This document shows, in pieces, positions 55,541-64,000 of a stretch of DNA of 64,000 nucleotides (position 1 is the stretch's first letter; each line of letters begins with the position of its first letter). Under the pieces are notes generated by a model. The model saw only the letters and a list, made by a program, of their open reading frames with translations. It made no database searches and was not told where the DNA came from. The position numbers and the translations under genes are program-made. Source of the stretch: the human T2T-CHM13v2.0 reference genome, Homo sapiens. Location: NCBI RefSeq assembly GCF_009914755.1, contig NC_060937.1; one strand, given 5' to 3'.

Positions 55541-55921
55541 GATCACATTAACCAATAACACTCTACCTTCATGGATATTGTAAGAAATTTGCAACATAAA
55601 ACACCCCTTCTGCTCAGTCAAAAATCTAAAAGAAGAACATAAAATATATTTAAATTTACTGCCTTTTTCACAATTTTTGATGCTCTCCATTCATTTTTGA
55701 AGTCGGCTTTAAGCTGGTATCAATATTGGAAGAAATATCTTTAGTTATTTCTTGTACTGTAAGTCTGATGGCAAAAAATAAAAAAAACATACACAGCTTT
55801 CATTTATCTGAAGATTTATTTAGTTGCATGTCTAGTATCTTTTAAAAGTTATTTACACATGACATAGAATTCTAGGGTGATTTTTTTTGAACTTGAAATA
55901 TACAATTTCATTATCAATTAG

Positions 55922-56250
<329 letters not shown>

Positions 56251-57917
56251 ATCTTGTTTGTTATAGAAAGCTAGCTTTCATTCTTACAATTGTTTTTCTG
56301 ATGTAATATGTCCTTTATTTTTGTTTTTAACTTTTTTCTCTTGATCTTAGGGTTTTAGTTATTTAGCTGTAAGTGGGACTTAATATTAACTCAGCATATG
56401 TTTTTCTGAGTTTCCTGGAGCAGTGCATGGATCCTTTTAAATCAAATTTTGAAAATTATCTGCAAATAATTACTCATATTTTCACCAAATTAACTCTCTG
56501 ATACATTCTAGGACTCAGATTGCATATATGGTTCAACAACTGAGAATGCTACATAGACTGTTCAATCTTAATTCATTTTACACTCAATTTTTGTTTTCCT
56601 CTCTGCTTTACTTTAATTTCTAATCACTTGAATTTTCTCAAATGTCTTTATATTCCTGATTGCTTTATTCATTGTTATTTATCTTCTCCTATAAATATTT
56701 TGAATTATTTATGATAGTTACTTTTCTCCCTTTTCTAATACTTTAAACAACTGGGTCATCTCTTGGTCAATTTCCATTGACTGATTTTTGTTTGAACCAT
56801 CAATAACATTCTCCTGCATTTTCCGTCTACAGTAAAATTTGATTACATAACAGATACTATACTACCCCCACAAAAAAAAATACAGGCTAAGAAGGGAGCT
56901 GGCCTTTAGTTCTTAGGCGTTGTTATTTGTTCTCTGTTTTGGTTTGGTTTGGTTGTTATTGGTATATTCACAGCTTTTTGATGGCTTTAAAAATAAAATA
57001 CAATTATTTGGTTTATCTGATGGAAAATGGAATTACAAATACAAGCATGCCTTATTTTATTGCATTTCACTTTACTGTGCTTTGCAGATACTGCAGTTTT
57101 TAAAAAATAATTGAAGGCTTATAGCAACTCATTATCTAGCAATTCCATCAAAACCATTTTTCCAACAGCATGGGCTCACTTCATGTATCTTGGTCACATT
57201 TTGGTAATTCTGGCAATATTTCAAATATTTTATTGTTATGTCTGTTACAGTAATTTGTGAGCAGTGATCTTTGATGTTACAATTGTTCTTGTTTGGCGGT
57301 GTCATAAACTATACCTATATCAGACAATAAACTCAGTAAGTATAGTTCTGACTGCTTCACTAACTGGCCACCCCCTCATTTCTCCCCTTCTCCATGGGTC
57401 TCCCTGTTCCCTGAGACACAATATTAAAACTAGGCCTACTAATAACCCTGCAATGCCCTCTAAGTGTCCAAATGAATGGAAGTGTTGCATGTCTCTCACT
57501 TTAAATCAAAAGCTAGAAATGATTAAGTTTAGCGAGGGAGACATGTAGAAAGTGGAATGAGAACAAAAGCTAGGCCTTTTTTGCCAAACACTTAGGCAAG
57601 TTGTGAATGCAAAGGAAAAAGTCTTGAAGTAAATTAAAAGTGCTACTCTAGTGAACACTCAAATAATAAGAAAGCACAACAGACTTATTTCTGAAATGGA
57701 GAAAGTGAGTGGTCTGGGCAGAAGATGAAACCTGCCACAACATTTCCTTGAGCCAAAGCCTAATCCAGAGTAAGGCCCTAACTCTCTTCAATTTCATGAA
57801 GGCTGAGAGAGGTGACGAAACTGCAGAAGAAAAGTACAAAGTTGGCAGAAGTTAGTTTATGAAGTTTAGGGAAAGAAGTCTTCTCCATAACACAAAAGTG
57901 CAAAGTGAAGCAGCAAG

Positions 57918-57996
57918 TGGGTTGGTGCAAAAGTTATTATGGTTTTTGCCATTACTTTTAATGTCAAAAACATCAATTAATTTTGTTCCAACCTAA
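57918..57996. mobile_element. MADE1 inserted in Tigger1
   Basis: ggttggtgcaaaagttattatggtttttgccattacttttaatgtcaaaaacatcaattaattttgttccaacctaa. Confidence 0.88.
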
Positions 57997-58505
57997 CAGA
58001 AGCTGCAGCTTCTGTGATCATTGATGAAAGTGGCTACACTAAACAATAAATTTTCAGTGTTGACCATATATATAAAGAAGATGTCATCTAGGATTTTCAT
58101 AGTTAGAGAGAAGTCAATGACTGGCTTCTAAGCTTCAAAGGACAGGCTAACTCTCTTTTTAGGGACTAATGCACCAGTGAGTTTAAATAGAAGCCAATTC
58201 TCATTACCATTCTGAAAATCCTAGGGCTCTTAAGAATTACACTAATTCTACTCAGCCAGTGCTTTAGAAATGGAACTATAAAGCCTGGACGACAGCACAT
58301 CGTTTGCAGAATGGCTTACTGAGTATTTTATATCCACAGTTGAGACTTACTACTCATTGACAATGTTCCTGGTTGCTCAAGAGCTCTGACAGAGATGTAC
58401 AAGGAGATTAATGTTGTCTTTAGGCCTGCTAACACATCCATTGTACAGCTCATTAAGAAATAATTTTGACTTTCAAGTCATATTATTTTTAAAAAGTATA
58501 TTTCA

Positions 58506-59095
58506 TTTCTTTTCTTTTTTCCTTTTTATTTGTACAGATTTTTGCATACATGTGCAATTTTGTTACATGTATAGATTGTGTAATGGTCAATACAGGGTTT
58601 TTAGGGTATCCATCATCTAAATAATGTACATTGTACCCATTAATCATTTTTTCACCTTCCTTCTCCTTCCCACCTCCTCACTCTTCTGGATCTCCATTAT
58701 CTATTATTCAACTCTCTATGTCCATGTAATCACAGTTTTTAGCAACTACTTATGAGTGAAGACATATGACATTTGTCTTTCTGTGCCTGGCTTGTTTCAC
58801 TTAAGAAAATGACCTCTAAGTCCATCCATGTGACCATGAATGACATGATTTCATTTTTTTAATGGCTGAATAGTATTCCATGTGTATCTATATCATATTT
58901 TATTTATCCACTCATCAATTGATGAACAATTATGTTGATTCCATATATTTGATATTGTGAATAGTGGTGCAATAAATATACAAGCACAGGTTTTTTGATA
59001 TATTGATTTTGTTTCCTTTGGATAGACACTCAGTAGCTGGATTGCTGGACTGAATGGTAGTTTTATTTTTAGTTCTTTGAAAAATAAGTCTCCAG
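58506..59095 (-). mobile_element. L1PB/L1MA 3' end inserted in Tigger1
   Basis: T-rich tail, tgtgcaattttgttacatg, atggctgaatagtattccatgtg, gattgctggactgaatggtag. Confidence 0.85.
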
Positions 59096-59513
59096 ATGCT
59101 GTAAATAGTGATTCCTTTGAGGCATCTGGCAAAGTAAATTTAAAACTTTCTGGAAAATTTCACTCTCCTACATACCATTAAGTACATTCATAAGTCATGG
59201 GAGGAAGTAAAAATAACAACTAGTTTGGAAAAAGAGAAGATTCCAACCCTCATATATGACTTTGAAGGGTTTAAGACATCAGTGGAGGAAGTAACCTTAC
59301 TAGAAGTAACCTCTAACCAAAGAATTAGAATTAGAAGTGGAATCTGAAGATGTAACTGAATTGCCGCAATGTCATGATCAAATTTGAATGGATGAAGAGT
59401 TGCTTCTAATAGATGAGCAAAGAAAATGATTCTTGAGATGGTTTCTACTCCTGGTGAAAATTCTGTGAAGATCATTGAAATGACAAGAAAGGATTTAGAA
59501 TATCACACAACCT

Positions 59514-59832
<319 letters not shown>

Positions 59833-60642
59833 TTAATTGACAGAGCAGCAGTAGGGTTGAAGAGAAAATTGATTCCAATTTTGAAAGAAGTTATACCGTG
59901 GGTAGAATGCTATCAAACAGCATCCCATGCTATATGTATATAAAAAAATTGTGAAAGGAGAATCAATTGTTGCAACGTATTTCACTATCATCCTATTTTA
60001 AGAATTGCCACAGATACCCCAGCCTTCTGCAACCACCACCCTGATCAATCAGAAGCCATCAACAGCAAGTTAAGACCCATCACTAGCAAAAAGATTAACA
60101 CTCCCAGAAGGCTCAGATGATTGTTAGCATTTTTTAGCAATAAAGCATTTTTTAAATAACTATGTACACATACATACATGATGAAGTAGTGCTACTGCAC
60201 ACTTATTAGACCTATGGTATCATGTAAATAGAGTAAGAAACAAATATAAACAAATATATATATAAATATACATATATAATATATATTTTGGTGACTTGCT
60301 TAATTGCGATAGTCACTTCATTATGGTAGTCTAGAATCCAACCTGCAATATCTTCAGGGTGTGCCTGTACAGAAAGGGAGAAGACTTAAAAAAAAATCAA
60401 ACCTATGAAATTGAAGGTATTATGGGTTGAAATTTAAAAAAAAAAAGAAATTGAAGGTATTAATATAAATTATTTGTTTTAAACATAAAATATATGAATT
60501 CTTATTTGTGTTTGTGCATATGTATGTATGTGTGCATGTCTGTCAAAGACTCCTTAGAAAAAGGACAGACTGCAGAATGGAGCAGGGTAAGCATAAAATC
60601 AGCCTGGAATACCTTTTGTTGCAGAGAGTAAAGAAATGCTCA

Positions 60643-60776
60643 TCATTTTTTATGGCTGCATAGTATTCCATGGTGTATATGCGCCACATTTTCTTAATCG
60701 AGTCTATCATTGTTGGACATTTGAAACCTGCACGTTTTGCACATGTACCCTAAAACTTAAAGTATAATAATAAAAA
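60643..60776 (+). mobile_element. Miniature 5'-inverted (twin-primed) L1PA insertion
   Basis: Antisense ORF2-end piece at 60643-60723 fused to the sense L1PA terminus aaacctgcacg..aaagtataataat and an A-tail; TSD aaagaaatgctca (60630-60642) / aaagaagtgctca (60777-60789). Confidence 0.9.
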
Positions 60777-62359
60777 AAAGAAGTGCTCAAAACAATTGAG
60801 GATATGTCAAAAGAATTATAGTGATGCTTACATCTATAAGCAAAACAACAGTAAAATTTGAATGCACGTTTTTCCTAAGAATACTATAAGAGAAAAGAAA
60901 GGAAGTTAGATCAATACAGGAAATTATTATCTAAAACTTTTTAGGAGATTTTTTTCATTTATTTATTTTGAAGTTTTATCTGCTATGTATTTTATCTTAC
61001 ATATAAGGTAAGTGGAAGGACATGGTATAATTTAACTTAAACACAAAATACATTCTTTTAACTGGAAAACATGACTTAACCATGTAATTCATGCATTTAA
61101 GAAATGCCTTATAAGATTCATGGCTTTAAATATTTTATTAATATTAATGCTGAGGATGGTAACATGTTAGACATATTTAAAGTTCTCACTTTCCTATGCA
61201 TTTATTCTGGGCAGTTAGTAACTAAAATGTCAACTTTTTATAATCTCAGAATTTGACAAAATGATTAAGACACAGTTATCCTCAAATATTTATTACATAC
61301 CAATTAGATAAATTAGTGTCAGATGGTGAGTTTTATCAAAAGCATTAATTAAATCATTGCATGATACAAACAAACTATAATAAACTAGAGGATAAATATA
61401 TTTCCTATGCATAAAAAATATATCAACATAAAGTTAACCAGCTTAATCTTATGCATAAAACGTATATAGTTGCAGCAAGGCCACATCTCCATAGAGCAAA
61501 ATATCGTGTAACCTATATTATTCAATTTTAAATAATTACATAATATCTTCTTTGTCAACTATAACATACTAAATACTGCTAACTCATTAAAAAAAACTGC
61601 AGAAAAGTTTATACTGCATTTAGATTTGGTGACATAAGATATGGATTAAATTTTAGAAGAGGGATTTAATGCATAACAGACATTAATATTTTTATATGCA
61701 CATATTTAGTTCTATTAATGCTAGAGAACCTGGAGTAAAACATGCATAAAGAAGTATATGCATGCAACCACACTAGAAAATCTCTTATTGAGGTCACTAC
61801 AAATTTATTTCCTTCAAATCGATTAAACTTTTGTAAGTTCCACTTCAATTTATTATGGTGTTTGATATTGTTAACCTCCCATTCCTTTTTTAAATCTATT
61901 TTTTAGCGAAAGCTGTGCAGACTTCTTATCCCAGCTTACCTCTGATTCATTGACTTTTCTTCCTGGGTCTAGTCTTTAACCCTCTCACTGCCATAGGTTT
62001 TGTTCAGGCCTCTACATTTTGCCTTGATGCTCACTGTTTCAGAATCATTCTTGAGCATTGCCTTAATTACTATTTTTACGGTGGTTGTAAACATAACCCT
62101 GTATCTCAAATGCCTGTAGAACTGCTCATCACATATCCCAGGACATTTCATTATAACTAAATTAAACTCAAAGCTTTCCCACTGATATTTTCTTTCATTT
62201 ATACTTCTTTGTTTCTAATTGGTGCACTTCCAGAGTCGAATTTATGAACTTCCAGAGTCAAAATTATGAAAGTATCATTGTGTTTCTTTCTACTTTGTTT
62301 CCTATATCAAATATGATGTAAAATCCATCTTTCTCTTTGAATGTGTTCTTGCCTTCTTT

Positions 62360-62773
62360 ATGAGGCCTGCCGATGTCCCAGGGGCAGTGATGTTAGTACC
62401 TAAAGCACCCAGATGCTCCTTTTTTCAGGAACTGGACTTGGCCTAACAGGAGCTCCTTATTCTGTGGAAGTCTATGTGTTCCTGCTTCTCACACTTTATC
62501 CTTCAACTGCCACCACCTCTCCTGACTCTCAACCTGTGGGTGGATCTTAAAGCACTGACTAAGAATCAGGATAAATCCTTGCTTCGGGGTGTGACTCATT
62601 CTGCAGGAAGTCATATGCAGAGCTTCCGGAGAGATAAAGAGGAAGCAAGTCTTCATTCTTGATTTGTTCCTTCCTCTGCCTGCTTCTGTTTCTTCTGAGG
62701 TCAGCCTTTAAATCCATCATGAAAACCTGAATTCCAGGCTCAGGCTCTCACATGAGGGAATCTGGCTTATGAC
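62360..62773 (-). mobile_element. Old ERVL-type LTR (LTR16/LTR33-like) within L2-like sequence
   Basis: GC-richer island ending gggaatctggcttatgaca; family assignment uncertain. Confidence 0.4.
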
Positions 62774-62949
62774 ATCATCCTTCAAAATACTGCTCAGTTC
62801 ATCCTTTATGTTCATATAGTCTTCATTTCATGCCTGGATTAACCAAAACAGCTTCTCAGATCATTAGTTTCTGCTGTGCCTGTCCTTTATACATTTTCTA
62901 AAACCATACCATATTTCAAAACTACCTTTCTAAATTATGATAGTCAGTC

Positions 62950-63190
62950 TATTGTGGTTGTTAAAGTCATTATTTCAGTACCCAGATTGCCTGGGTTTGA
63001 GTTCTAATGTCACCAATTATTGAGTGAATAACTTGGGTACATTTTAAATTTTTTCCATGCCTCCGTTTTCTATATTATAGAGAAAAGTGAGAAATTAAGA
63101 ATTTTCTGTTTCTTAAAGACAAAATGATTTGTAAATGCAAACTACTTTAAACAAGGCCTGGAACATAATCAATGCAGTGAGTGTTAACTA
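62950..63190 (+). mobile_element. MIR followed by (ATC)n at 63191-63218
   Basis: cagattgcctgggtttgagttct..aacttgggtacattt..ccatgcctccgttttct..aggcctggaacataa. Confidence 0.65.
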
Positions 63191-64000
63191 TCATCATCAT
63201 CATCATCATCATTATCATTGACTCAGTTGTTATTCCTCTCCTCAAGAACCTACATTAGCTTCTAATTAAACATACTGTTTCAAGTAAAAAACTTATCTAC
63301 TGGCTCCTGAGGTCTATCATAATCATCTTTGTCCTATTTTTATGGTTTAATTTCCCAGTTATTTCCAATATAAACTCTATTTTCACCAACTCATTATCCT
63401 TGTAATTTTTGCAAACAGAAATTCTTTAGTTCTCTATTTTTTCCATAGTAGTATCTCTACTTAAAATAGTATGCCATGTCTTTTCCACTAGGCTTACCTC
63501 ACACTCAATTTCTCTGAAAAACTTTCATAATACTCTATCATATACTACTCATTTCCTTATTTGACTATGTCTTGACTTGGAATTAGAACCATATATTCTA
63601 CCTTGCAGTTATTTGCAACTATAATAATTTCCTTAATTATCTTATGGTTTATCTTTAATTCCTCAAGTATATTGAAAACTCTACAAGGAAAAACATTATG
63701 TTTTATAATCATTATGCATCATCAACAGGGCATAGGCCAATGCTAGAGTATGTTTGATAATTGTTTGTTTTAATTAGTGCAAAGAAAGATGCTTCATGGA
63801 CTGCTGACAATCTACTATAGACATAAGCAAAACATTAAAATGATATCCAAGTGATCAAGAAAACAAAAGTTTTTCAGTTTTACTAATTATTTTTTTCTGA
63901 AGTTGCTACAGAGATATTTTAAACTATCAAACTGAGTGAGAGATTTAGGTGGATGGATGATTTAGTAAAATGAAAGAAATGTTATTCCTCTACTATTAAA

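Noticed and set aside
62226-62270. 22-bp tandem duplication acttccagagtc(g/a)aa(t/a)ttatga
   Set aside because: Ordinary local slippage with no insert between copies; similar trivial duplications occur at ~24797 and ~33397.

Overview
AT-rich, repeat-dense hominoid (most likely human) genomic DNA lying inside KLHL1 (Kelch-like 1, a BTB-BACK-Kelch protein), which runs on the minus strand. Two coding exons are present. A 137-bp BTB exon at 53213-53349 is missed by the ORF track, and a 197-bp BTB/BACK exon lies at 31963-32159. They splice in frame across a 21,053-bp intron. The rest is intronic: a decayed NT5C processed pseudogene (~4436-5396, minus), solo LTRs (MLT2A, MER52, MER39-like, MER68, MER67-like), L1 pieces of several ages, Alus, MIR/L2/L3 relics, a near full-length Tigger1 with three nested insertions, two MADE1 hairpins and several satellites. 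I find no credible new multi-gene system. The best leads are a candidate cryptic KLHL1 exon with an in-frame stop, an MLT2A LTR with paired DUX4-like motifs, and several very small L1-mediated insertions (a twin-primed L1, poly(A)-only inserts with target-site duplications, a polyadenylated LTR fragment). Repeat family names come from recalled consensus sequences and need RepeatMasker/Dfam confirmation. Old-repeat boundaries are approximate.
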